Assembly (NCBI GenBank): GCA_044221725.1
Contig: JBGAON010000003.1
Coordinates: 1-64,000, forward strand
Length of the DNA stretch: 64,000 nt
Reading direction: 5' to 3'
DNA from: Elusimicrobiota bacterium
GTDB lineage: Bacteria; Elusimicrobiota; Elusimicrobia; F11
The position numbers and the translations under genes were made by a program. How positions within the stretch are numbered: position 1 is the first letter of the stretch; each line of letters begins with the position of its first letter. Positions 16,692 to 25,188 of the stretch are shown one piece after another. The notes below the pieces were generated by a model, which was not told the origin of the DNA, made no database searches, and saw only the letters and a list, made by a program, of their open reading frames with translations.

Positions 16692-18515
16692 ATGTCGGAT
16701 CAAATTCACTCATTTCATATTCCGGTGATGGGTATTGGTCACTCGATCGATACCCCTATTCGTGTTGCTCCGTTTGGCATCTCGTCCGTCGTTTCTTTGG
16801 TAGACGATCTGTTGCTGGAAAAGCTTCGCGCCTATTATTCGGAGAAAAACCATTTGCCTTTCGAGAGGATTCCAACAGATTTGGTTGACGGAAGAGCGCG
16901 GCGCATTGCCGCTTATCTGGACATGGCGAGCGCGCTCGTGTCCAAAAAATTGGCCGCCGTCCGGCAGCAGCCTTTTTTTGAGGCGAACGACAAACAGACC
17001 TATTTTGAGCTTCTTCCCAATGAGAGCCCTCTCAAGAAAGATTATCTGCGATTCGTCTCCTTGGCGAAGGGTCCTGAGCATGACGCGTTGGCGCAGTCGC
17101 TTTCTGAACGCATGCGTCCCGGTTCGATCGACGTTAATATCATGGTGAAACTGGATCGGACGATCTATGACCGCAACGGTCATCCTCTCGACGATGATTT
17201 TTCGGATGCAAAAACAGCGCTGCGTGGGTTCGCGATCAGCGGTCTAAAGTCCTCTGTCATATTTTCCGCTGGCATGAATCCGAAGCTTTTCAGTTACTTG
17301 GCGCGCTTTCGAGATTTTTATCGCGACGCGTTTGGAGAATTTAAGAAAAAGATTGTGCTGAAGGTCAGTGATTTCCGGTCCGCCATGACGCAGAGTAAGT
17401 TCTTGGCCAAAAGAGGGTTGGAAGTGTCCGAGTACCGCATTGAGTCGGGTCTTAATTGCGGCGGGCACGCGTTTCCGTCGCGCGGTCAGCTTCTTCCTTC
17501 GATCCTAAACGAATTTAAGGAACGCTGGAATGAACTTACCGACAACGTTCGGCCGCTCATTCGTGGTTATTACGACAAAATGAAGTGGCCGTACAATTCT
17601 TCCGTCAAAGCGGAACCGGTCATGACGGTCCAAGGCGGCATTGGGACGTCGGGCGAGGCGCAAAGACTCCAAGACGAATTCGGTGTCGCACGGACAGGGT
17701 GGGGAAGCCCGTTCCTCCTCGTCCCTGAAGCGACAAACGTCGACGATCCCACGCGTCGTCTTCTGCAGCAGGCCACGGACGACGAACTGTATCTCAGCAA
17801 TGCGTCGCCGTTAGGAATTCCTTTCAATACGCTGAGAGGAACGAAGTCGCATCGGAAAACGTTGGAACGGATCAACCGAAACGCCCCGGGCTCGCCGTGT
17901 CCAAAGGGTTTTGCTGTAACGAACACGGAATTTTCGGAGAGACCCATTTGCGTGGCGTCACGTCAGTATCAGAAGAAAAAGTTGGAACAAATCGACGGAA
18001 TGGAATTGGAAGAGCCGGCCAAAGAAAGGCTTCGAAAAGATGTCGTTGAGAAAATGTGCATCTGTGACCATCTCGGGCATGGCGTGCTCGTGAAGTTGGG
18101 CATTTTGGCCGAAGACAGTGCTGCGCAAGCCATTTGTCCGGGCCCGAACATCGCATGGTTTGACCGGACCTACACGTTAAAGGAAATGATTGATCACATT
18201 TATGGGCGAGGCCCCTCTCTGGTCCCCGGTCATCGGCCGCATATGTTTGCAAAAGAAATTGTGATGAACGTTGATTACTTCAAATCGTTGCTCGACCGTC
18301 CCTACGATGAGCGACGTTTTGAAGAGCTTCTTGAATATAAGAGAAATCTGGATCACGGCATGAACTTAAGTTTGGAAATTTCGAGAAAAACAGCGTTCCC
18401 AGACGAGAACTTGGTTTCTATCGGTCCGATCGTCGACGAACAGATGACTCGTTTGAACCGCATGTGGGACGAATATTTGACACGAACCAAGGGCTGTCGG
18501 ATTTCGGCACAGTAA
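16692..18515 (+). CDS. Conserved-looking uncharacterised protein, possible FMN TIM barrel (nitronate-monooxygenase-like) with a Cys-rich C-terminus
   Basis: FHIPVMG, ESGLNCGGHAF, VQGGIGT and GWGSPFL echo the EGxxAGGH / AGGI / GTxF motifs. Cys residues in CPKG, IC, CICDHLG and CPGP. Track start is 16674. Confidence 0.6.
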   Translation: MSDQIHSFHIPVMGIGHSIDTPIRVAPFGISSVVSLVDDLLLEKLRAYYSEKNHLPFERIPTDLVDGRARRIAAYLDMASALVSKKLAAVRQQPFFEANDKQTYFELLPNESPLKKDYLRFVSLAKGPEHDALAQSLSERMRPGSIDVNIMVKLDRTIYDRNGHPLDDDFSDAKTALRGFAISGLKSSVIFSAGMNPKLFSYLARFRDFYRDAFGEFKKKIVLKVSDFRSAMTQSKFLAKRGLEVSEYRIESGLNCGGHAFPSRGQLLPSILNEFKERWNELTDNVRPLIRGYYDKMKWPYNSSVKAEPVMTVQGGIGTSGEAQRLQDEFGVARTGWGSPFLLVPEATNVDDPTRRLLQQATDDELYLSNASPLGIPFNTLRGTKSHRKTLERINRNAPGSPCPKGFAVTNTEFSERPICVASRQYQKKKLEQIDGMELEEPAKERLRKDVVEKMCICDHLGHGVLVKLGILAEDSAAQAICPGPNIAWFDRTYTLKEMIDHIYGRGPSLVPGHRPHMFAKEIVMNVDYFKSLLDRPYDERRFEELLEYKRNLDHGMNLSLEISRKTAFPDENLVSIGPIVDEQMTRLNRMWDEYLTRTKGCRISAQ

Positions 18516-18526
18516 ATAAGGAACGC

Positions 18527-19003
18527 ATGTTTCGACTCTATTCAAAAGGTTGTGAATACGCGATCCGCGGGCTTATGCATTTTCCGAATGACATGGACTC
18601 TTTTGTGAGAATTGAAGACATCAGTGCGCGCGCCCACGTGCCCGAACATTTCACAAGAAAGATGTTCCAAGTTTTGGTTCAGAAAGGCATCTTGATCGCT
18701 GTTCCGGGCCCCCGGGGCGGATACAAACTCGCGCGCGAACCGTTGGAAATTTCTTTGCTGGAAATTATCGAGCTTATCGATGGCGTTGAGCCTCTCGGAG
18801 AATGCGTGCTGGGTCTTCCGGTCTGCAGCGACCGCGCTCCATGTGCGCTCCATCATGCTTGGTCCGATGCGAAGAAAGTTTTGTTGCCGGAGTTTAAGCA
18901 CACATCGGTCGCCGACCTTTTCAAGTCGAGCGAAAGAGATCGGTTGATGAGGAAAAAGGGACGGAATCACAAAAGGAGCAGGAAACACCATGCACAAAGT
19001 TGA
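18527..19003 (+). CDS. Rrf2-family transcriptional regulator (Fe-S type)
   Basis: YSKGCEYAIR, GPRGGY and a three-Cys motif CVLGLPVCSDRAPCALH. Confidence 0.92.
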   Translation: MFRLYSKGCEYAIRGLMHFPNDMDSFVRIEDISARAHVPEHFTRKMFQVLVQKGILIAVPGPRGGYKLAREPLEISLLEIIELIDGVEPLGECVLGLPVCSDRAPCALHHAWSDAKKVLLPEFKHTSVADLFKSSERDRLMRKKGRNHKRSRKHHAQS

Positions 19004-19427
19004 ATCGATTGCAGAATTTTTTGAACGCGATCATCGTGAAATTGACGCGATCTTTGAAAAGCTCACTTTCCAAGACAGCAAAAAGGATCTGTCTTTCTTT
19101 AATGAGTTCGATAAACGGCTTGAGCGGCATATTCTGTGGGAGGAGAGCATCCTTTTCCCGGCCGTTGCCGAGGTAAATCCGATGATCGGACAAGGGCCGG
19201 TGCGGATAATGAACATGGAGCACGAGGCTATCCGCCACACCAAAGCGAAAGCGCACCGCGCGTTCGAGGACGGAGATTTGCATCAGGCGCGCGAAAATTG
19301 CGAGGCGGTTCGGTCGATGCTTGAGCAGCACAATATGAAGGAGGAGCACATCCTTTACCCAGCCTGCGATCACGGACTTGATGCGAAGGTGGTTGCCGGA
19401 ATTTTGGAAAAGATAAGCGCGTCTTGA
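18990..19427 (+). CDS. Hemerythrin-like (HHE) domain protein
   Basis: DH...LERHILWEESILFP...EH...HNMKEEHILYP. Confidence 0.9.
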   Translation: MHKVESIAEFFERDHREIDAIFEKLTFQDSKKDLSFFNEFDKRLERHILWEESILFPAVAEVNPMIGQGPVRIMNMEHEAIRHTKAKAHRAFEDGDLHQARENCEAVRSMLEQHNMKEEHILYPACDHGLDAKVVAGILEKISAS

Positions 19428-19438
19428 ATCGCTAGCGG

Positions 19439-20545
19439 ATGACAAAGACACGTGACGTTATCGTTATTGGCGGCGGAATTATCGGCGCTTGTTGCGCTTA
19501 CCAATTGGCGAAGAAAGGCGCTAACGTCACTCTTTTAGAGAAGCGGCATTTCGGTTCGGGAGCGTCGGGAAGCTCGGCCGCGATGCTTGAATGTCAGACC
19601 CATGCGTATCGGGGCGATGTCTTTCTCTCGATAGCAAGGCCGAGCCTGGCGCTCTTTGCGGATCTCCACAAGGAAATCAAAGAGGCAACCGGCATCGATT
19701 TTGAATACGAAGCGTGCGGCATTTTGAATTTGGCGATGTCAGAAGAAGAAGCGATATTTCTTAAGATGTGCGTACGCGATCAGGCAAAGAACGGTTTTCA
19801 TGCCGAATGGTTGAGCGCGGAACAAGTGGCAGAAAAATTTCCGGTCATTGAGCCTGATTACATCGGGGCCGCGCTCTACCATGATGACGGCCAGGTTAAC
19901 GGTGAAAAATTCCTTCAAGCTGTTCTCGAAGCCGCGCGTCGCAGAGGTGCTACGCTTCATGAAAATACAGGAACGATTGTTTTAAAACGAGACGGAGGCC
20001 GAACCACCGCGGCCAGCGCGGACAATTTCTTTCAGGCCGACTCTTACGTGGTGGCGGCAGGCGCTTGGAGCGACGAGGTTTTAGCGGCGCTTCCCTTTTC
20101 GACGGGCATCAGTCCGATCCGTGGACAATTGGCCTATTACGACACGCCACCTTCTTATCTTAAATCTCCAATCTTCACGCTTGAGCAAGGCTACATCGTT
20201 CCGAAAAGAAGCGGTTATTCTTTGATTGGAACGACCGTGGAAAAATGCGGATTCGATGAATCAACGACGGATCAAGCACGCGACGAGCTCGTAAAAAAAG
20301 GACGGCGATTGGTGCCGGGGCTTTCGCGGCGTTCCATGCGCGGAACCTCCGCGGGTCTGCGGCCGAAGCCGCCTGGCGACCATCCTATTATCGGCCCCAT
20401 TCCCACCAACCCCAACGTGTTTGTCGCTTCGGGCCATTACCGAAATGGAATGTTGCTGGCGCCCATCACGGCCGAGATAATCGCTGCGCTTGTCTGCGAA
20501 GAACGCCCGCCGGTCGATATCCGGCCTTTTGCGCCAGCAGCTTAG
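19439..20545 (+). CDS. FAD-dependent glycine-oxidase-like (ThiO/DadA family) oxidoreductase
   Basis: GGGIIG, AAGAWS, PIRGQ, AGLRP and GHYRNGMLLAP. Confidence 0.85.
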   Translation: MTKTRDVIVIGGGIIGACCAYQLAKKGANVTLLEKRHFGSGASGSSAAMLECQTHAYRGDVFLSIARPSLALFADLHKEIKEATGIDFEYEACGILNLAMSEEEAIFLKMCVRDQAKNGFHAEWLSAEQVAEKFPVIEPDYIGAALYHDDGQVNGEKFLQAVLEAARRRGATLHENTGTIVLKRDGGRTTAASADNFFQADSYVVAAGAWSDEVLAALPFSTGISPIRGQLAYYDTPPSYLKSPIFTLEQGYIVPKRSGYSLIGTTVEKCGFDESTTDQARDELVKKGRRLVPGLSRRSMRGTSAGLRPKPPGDHPIIGPIPTNPNVFVASGHYRNGMLLAPITAEIIAALVCEERPPVDIRPFAPAA

Positions 20546-20548
20546 CCG

Positions 20549-21193
20549 ATGGACCGATTTCTCCAAACTTTAAATTTCTTTAAAGGTCTTCCTTCCGAAT
20601 CTCTCGTTTCTCTTTTTCCAAAAAAAATTTCGAAGGACGAGTATATCTTCAACGAAGGCGATTCTCCGGACGCGGTGTTCCTTCTCAAATCCGGCCTCGT
20701 GAAAACGTTGCGATACACCTCCCACGATGAAACCTCCACCATCGATTACATCACGCCCGGTCTCCTGTTCGGCATGATCGCTGTACTGGACAATAAAAAA
20801 TACCCGGTGAGCGCCGTCGCGGTGCGCGATTGCGAAGTCTACCGGCTCTCCGCCGCCGTGTTCCAAGATTGCATGAACCGTTCCCCGGAATTCAGGAAAG
20901 AAATATTTCGTCAGGTTGGGAATCATCTTCGAAATTCGCAGGCCCTCCGAACGCTCATGCAAGAGCCCGTCGAGCGTCGCATTGCCCACATTCTGAATTA
21001 CTTGTTCGAAACAATGGGTTCGGAGATTCAATTGCTGCGGGAAGATATCGCGGCCATGGCCGGCTGCACGGAAAGCACGGCGGTCCGGATCCTGATCGAT
21101 TTCCGGAAGAAAAAAATCATCCAGACCGGGTGGAAGAAGTTCAAAATTGTCTCGTTGGACAAGCTAAAAAGGCTTCTTTCGGACGAAAAATAA
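20549..21193 (+). CDS. Crp/Fnr-family regulator (Dnr/NnrR/HcpR-like, no N-terminal Fnr Cys cluster)
   Basis: cNMP-fold IFNEGD...LLKSGLVK and HTH REDIAAMAGCTESTAVR. Confidence 0.88.
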   Translation: MDRFLQTLNFFKGLPSESLVSLFPKKISKDEYIFNEGDSPDAVFLLKSGLVKTLRYTSHDETSTIDYITPGLLFGMIAVLDNKKYPVSAVAVRDCEVYRLSAAVFQDCMNRSPEFRKEIFRQVGNHLRNSQALRTLMQEPVERRIAHILNYLFETMGSEIQLLREDIAAMAGCTESTAVRILIDFRKKKIIQTGWKKFKIVSLDKLKRLLSDEK

Positions 21194-21205
21194 ATCTCAA
21201 AAAAG

Positions 21206-21248
21206 TTGTTCCAGCGCATTTTTTTCGGTGGGTTGCCGGTGATATAGT
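21206..21248 (+). promoter_or_regulatory. Candidate Crp/Fnr-class box TTGTT-CCAG-CGCAT plus extended -10 TGaTATAGT for nnrS
   Basis: The box centre (21212.5) lies about 41.5 nt upstream of the start expected from -10 TATAGT (21243-21248), which is class II activator geometry. Confidence 0.45.
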
Positions 21249-21254
21249 GGCGGC

Positions 21255-22499
21255 ATGAAGACCGAGAATCCAAAAACACCGTCAGGGGTAACGTCCAGCA
21301 TTCCTTTCCCTCGACGCGACGAGCAGTTCTCGTGGTGGCGCACGCTTCCGTTTAATCCATTTCGGCTGTTCTTTCCTTTCGGCATCGTGTTCGGCGTTAT
21401 CGGCGTGGGCCACTGGGTCCTTTGGAGCGTGGGATGGAAGATTCCGAACATTGCTTTGGCCCACGCGTCGTTGCAGACACAAGGCTTTCTTTCGGCGTTT
21501 GTCGTGGGTTTTCTCATGACGGCTTTTCCTCGTTTTTCCGGAACGTGGCCTGCGAAGAAATTGGAAATTGCCGTTACGTTGATCGCTGCCACGTCGTTTC
21601 TCGTGGCGACGCTCGAGCATCACTGGCTGGCCGCGCAGCTGTTCTATCTTGCGTTGATGGGGACTCTTGTCTTATTCGCTGCGAGCCGGGTACCGCATCG
21701 AATGAAACCTCTGCCTTCGTCATTTCTTTTATTGGGCTTCGGTTTCTTGCATGCATTGCTTGGCCCGGCATTGATTGTGGTAAGTCGCTTCGGCATTTCC
21801 AACTTTGCGCTTTTCTCGTCGGGACGACAAATGGTGCAGGTTGGGTTCATGCTCTGCATGGTGCTTGGCGTCACCGGCAAACTGGCGCCGTTTCTTTTCG
21901 GCTATGTAGATGACCCCGAGAGCGAGGCGGACCGGCCATCGCCTCTTCGCACAGGGAAAATTGCTGTTGCGCTGCACGGCCTAACGGGCGCGGGAATTCT
22001 TGTGAGTTTTTTTCTCGACAATCTTAATCCGACGATCGGCGCTGGATTGAGGGCCGTTCTCGCCACAATGCACTTGTTCACGTTTGCGCGCATCGGCCGG
22101 CCCTTGAGAAAGAAAACCACGCTCATGTATTTTTTTTACATCTCAACCTGGATGATTCCGCTCGGATTATGGGGCGGATTTTTCTGGCCTTCTTTTCGCA
22201 TCGCCACTCTGCACGTTGTGTTCCTGGGCGGATTCAGTCTCATGATCTTTTCGTTTGGCATGCTCATTGTTCTCAGTCATTCGGCAAAGGCGGCTCTTCT
22301 TAATAGTCGTTTGATTCCGATGCGCGTGATCGGCGTGTCGGTGCTTGTCGCGCTCGCTTTCCGGTTGTTGGCGGAGCTGGTTCCAAGCCGGTACATGCTC
22401 ATGATCCATATGTCGTCGGGGCTTTGGGTCTTGGCCGCTTTAATATGGGGCGGCGTTACGTTGCCCAAAATTTTGAGTCGAATCAATCCGCAGCATTGA
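21255..22499 (+). CDS. nnrS: NnrS family membrane protein
   Basis: PFRLFFP, HA...GF...VGFLMTAFPRF, LH...GG and about 12 TM segments; NO-related context. Confidence 0.85.
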   Translation: MKTENPKTPSGVTSSIPFPRRDEQFSWWRTLPFNPFRLFFPFGIVFGVIGVGHWVLWSVGWKIPNIALAHASLQTQGFLSAFVVGFLMTAFPRFSGTWPAKKLEIAVTLIAATSFLVATLEHHWLAAQLFYLALMGTLVLFAASRVPHRMKPLPSSFLLLGFGFLHALLGPALIVVSRFGISNFALFSSGRQMVQVGFMLCMVLGVTGKLAPFLFGYVDDPESEADRPSPLRTGKIAVALHGLTGAGILVSFFLDNLNPTIGAGLRAVLATMHLFTFARIGRPLRKKTTLMYFFYISTWMIPLGLWGGFFWPSFRIATLHVVFLGGFSLMIFSFGMLIVLSHSAKAALLNSRLIPMRVIGVSVLVALAFRLLAELVPSRYMLMIHMSSGLWVLAALIWGGVTLPKILSRINPQH

Positions 22500-22509
22500 G
22501 GTGAGAACC

Positions 22510-23013
22510 ATGAAAATTACTGACCGGTTTGTTGGCGATCACAAAACGTTTCGGAAGCTGATCAAGGATATTTCCCAGATCGCTGGGAAGAAACCCGACG
22601 AGTGGGACGCCAAGCGGCTCATTCGACTCGCCGAACTCTTCAAAGATCATTTGATCCTTCATGCTTGGGGCGAGGAAACATTCTATTACCCGGCCGTGAA
22701 AAACAAAATTCCCGTCGGTGGCCCGCTCATTAACAAAGCTTACATGGATCATTTGGATGATGATCACCGGACCATCGACCGGCTCGTTGATGAATTGGAG
22801 CGGCAAGTCAAAGAAACGCCCATTTCCGTTCAGTGGCCCAACACGTATCAAACGTTTATATCGGGTTTGGCGGACCACATGAACAAGGAGGAAAACGAGG
22901 TTTTTCCATTTTCCGAAGGTCTGCTTGGAAAAGAAGGTCTCGAGGAATTATCGAAGGAACTCGAAAGGCGTCGGAAGGAAGCGCCGCCCATTCGGCGGCA
23001 CAGTTCCTTTTAG
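22510..23013 (+). CDS. Hemerythrin-like (HHE) domain protein
   Basis: DH...LHAWGEETFYYP...DH...HMNKEENEVFP. Track start is GTG 22501. Confidence 0.88.
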   Translation: MKITDRFVGDHKTFRKLIKDISQIAGKKPDEWDAKRLIRLAELFKDHLILHAWGEETFYYPAVKNKIPVGGPLINKAYMDHLDDDHRTIDRLVDELERQVKETPISVQWPNTYQTFISGLADHMNKEENEVFPFSEGLLGKEGLEELSKELERRRKEAPPIRRHSSF

Positions 23014-23021
23014 GAAATGCG

Positions 23022-23378
23022 ATGAAACGGTATCGAAATAATTTGAGCGTTGTGCTGATTGTTGTTTCGGTGATCTTCGGCATGGGCGCCAGTGCCATGG
23101 CTCAGAACTGGTCGCCGGAAGACATGGAAACATGGAAGAAAGCGGTGAAGCGTGTTGTGACGACACCGCCGTGCTGCGGCGCTTGCTCGGTTCTCAGCAT
23201 GAACGAAGGGCGCAAGGCCTACAAATATATTTCCGGAGAGGACAAATCGGACGACGCACAAAAAATCTATAAGGATCATGAAAAAAAACTATTGGACGCA
23301 TTCCGCTATTTCAATCCAAACCGATATCAATATTGGTTTGAAAAATCATCAAAGGAGGAAGCAAGCAATGAAAAGTAA
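23022..23378 (+). CDS. Hypothetical exported protein with a CCGAC motif
   Basis: ATG 23022 after AGGA, signal peptide ending AMA, and overlap with the nirK start. Confidence 0.6.
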   Translation: MKRYRNNLSVVLIVVSVIFGMGASAMAQNWSPEDMETWKKAVKRVVTTPPCCGACSVLSMNEGRKAYKYISGEDKSDDAQKIYKDHEKKLLDAFRYFNPNRYQYWFEKSSKEEASNEK

Positions 23379-24372
23379 ATTGGCATTATTCTTAAGTCTT
23401 CTGGTATTGCCGCTTTTTGGTTGGGCGGCGCCATCACAACCAACGGAAACCGCGACGCTGACATGGGCGCCGAACGTTCCGCCGGCCATCACACGGAAGA
23501 AACCCGCGGTCGTTAAGGTCGCCTTGACCACCGAAGAAAAAGTGGGCGATCTGATGGACGGCATCGACAATGGAACGAAGTACAAGTTCTGGACTTTCAA
23601 CGGTCATGTGCCGGGTCCTTTCATTCGTGTGCGCGTCGGCGACACGATCGAAGTGACGCTCACCAATCCCAAAGAAAATGGAATGGTCCACAACGTTGAC
23701 TTCCATGCGGTCACCGGGCCCGGCGGAGGAGCGGCCATCACGTCGGTTGCTCAAGGCGAATCGAAAACGGCCCGCTTCAAAATGCTGAATCCGGGTCTTT
23801 ACACCTATCACTGCGCGGCACCGCCGGTTCCCGATCATATCGCGAACGGCATGTACGGTCTGATTCTTGTCGAACCAGAGAAAGGGTTGCCCAAAGTTGA
23901 TCGCGAGTATTATGTGATGCAGAGCGAGTTCTATACGAAAGGCGAATTCGGTGATGAGGGGTTGCAAGAGTATTCACCTGAAAAAGGCGCGGCCGAGAAG
24001 CCGACCTATGTCGTGTTTAACGGGAAGGTCGGTTCGCTTCAAGGCGCCAACGCGCTGAAAGCGAATGTCGGCGAGAACATCCGCGTCTATTTTGGAAACA
24101 TCGGCCCAAATCTCATCTCATCGTTCCACATCATCGGAACGATTTTTGATCGCGTGTATCGAGAGGGTTCTCTTTCCGATCCAACACACAACGTTCAAAC
24201 CACCGTTGTTCCGGCGGGAAGCGCCGCGATTGCCGAGTTGAGAACGCCGGTTCCGGGCAACTTCACGCTGGTCGATCATTCGATCTTCCGGATTCAGAAG
24301 GGAGCTCTCGGCACGTTAACGGTTACGGGAGCCGCAGCCCCGGACATCTATAGCGCCGTTGAGAAAAAGTAA
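23368..24372 (+). CDS. nirK: Copper-containing nitrite reductase (AniA-like)
   Basis: HNVDFHAVTG, YHCAAPPVPDHIANGMYG, SSFHIIG and VDH Cu ligands; signal peptide; RBS AGGAGG. Confidence 0.95.
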   Translation: MKSKLALFLSLLVLPLFGWAAPSQPTETATLTWAPNVPPAITRKKPAVVKVALTTEEKVGDLMDGIDNGTKYKFWTFNGHVPGPFIRVRVGDTIEVTLTNPKENGMVHNVDFHAVTGPGGGAAITSVAQGESKTARFKMLNPGLYTYHCAAPPVPDHIANGMYGLILVEPEKGLPKVDREYYVMQSEFYTKGEFGDEGLQEYSPEKGAAEKPTYVVFNGKVGSLQGANALKANVGENIRVYFGNIGPNLISSFHIIGTIFDRVYREGSLSDPTHNVQTTVVPAGSAAIAELRTPVPGNFTLVDHSIFRIQKGALGTLTVTGAAAPDIYSAVEKK

Positions 24373-24387
24373 TTGGAGGTTCGAACC

Positions 24388-25116
24388 ATGAAAAAAATAT
24401 CAAGCGCACTTGCCGCCGTCGGTCTCATAGCGGCTGTTGGATTCGCGGCGCGATCGTTTACCTACGGGGCTGATGCAGGTTCGGTCCTCAAGGGAAGCGT
24501 TGTCTTCAAAGGGACGGTTCCTGCGCCCGCGAAGATCAAGACAACCGCCGATCCGATGTGTCAGCAAATGCATCCGCAGGGCATCATGAACGAAGAGTAT
24601 ATCGTCGGAAAGACGGGCGGCCTCAAGAATGTCTTCGTGTACGTGAAGCAGGGGCTCGAAGGGAAAAACTTTCCCGCTCCGACCACAATGGCCACCATCA
24701 CACAGAAAGGCTGTCAGTACACGCCGCATGTCGTCGGCGTGCAGGCAAACCAGCCGCTGGAAATTACCAATGATGATGCGACCCTTCACAACGTCAATGC
24801 TCAGGCGAAGAACAATCCGGGGTTTAACTTTGCCCAGCCGGTCCAAGGGATGAAAAACATCAAAAAGTTCGAAAAGACCGAAGTGATGGTGCCGTTCATC
24901 TGCAACATCCATCCTTGGATGAAGTCGTATATCGGCGTCGTGGATCATCCGTTCTTTGCGGTGAGCAACGATGCGGGCCAGTTCGAGATCAAAGGCCTGC
25001 CCGCTGGAACCTACGTGCTGGAAGCCTGGCACGAGAAGCTGGGGACGTCGCAGCAAAAAGTGACCGTGAAGGCCGGAGAATCAAAGGCCGTCTCTTTCAC
25101 GTTTACGAAATCTTAA
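24388..25116 (+). CDS. Exported cupredoxin-like protein with a carboxypeptidase-regulatory-like (Ig) domain
   Basis: HNVN...CNIHPWM type-1-Cu-like ligand set and an IKGLPAGTYVLEAWHE tail. Confidence 0.75.
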   Translation: MKKISSALAAVGLIAAVGFAARSFTYGADAGSVLKGSVVFKGTVPAPAKIKTTADPMCQQMHPQGIMNEEYIVGKTGGLKNVFVYVKQGLEGKNFPAPTTMATITQKGCQYTPHVVGVQANQPLEITNDDATLHNVNAQAKNNPGFNFAQPVQGMKNIKKFEKTEVMVPFICNIHPWMKSYIGVVDHPFFAVSNDAGQFEIKGLPAGTYVLEAWHEKLGTSQQKVTVKAGESKAVSFTFTKS

Positions 25117-25126
25117 GAAGGCCGAA

Positions 25127-25159
25127 GAGGGATGGCACGGTGCGTCCGTGCCATCCCTC
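25127..25159. other. Perfect 14-bp stem-loop GAGGGATGGCACGG-TGCGT-CCGTGCCATCCCTC
   Basis: Intergenic with no U-tract; likely an mRNA stability or processing hairpin. Confidence 0.7.
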
Positions 25160-25188
25160 CTGGCTGTGCACGCACGAAAGGAGGCGGG

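Noticed and set aside
20549..21193. O2-sensing Fnr
   Set aside because: No N-terminal Cys cluster for a [4Fe-4S] centre, and no canonical TTGAT-N4-ATCAA box was noticed nearby.
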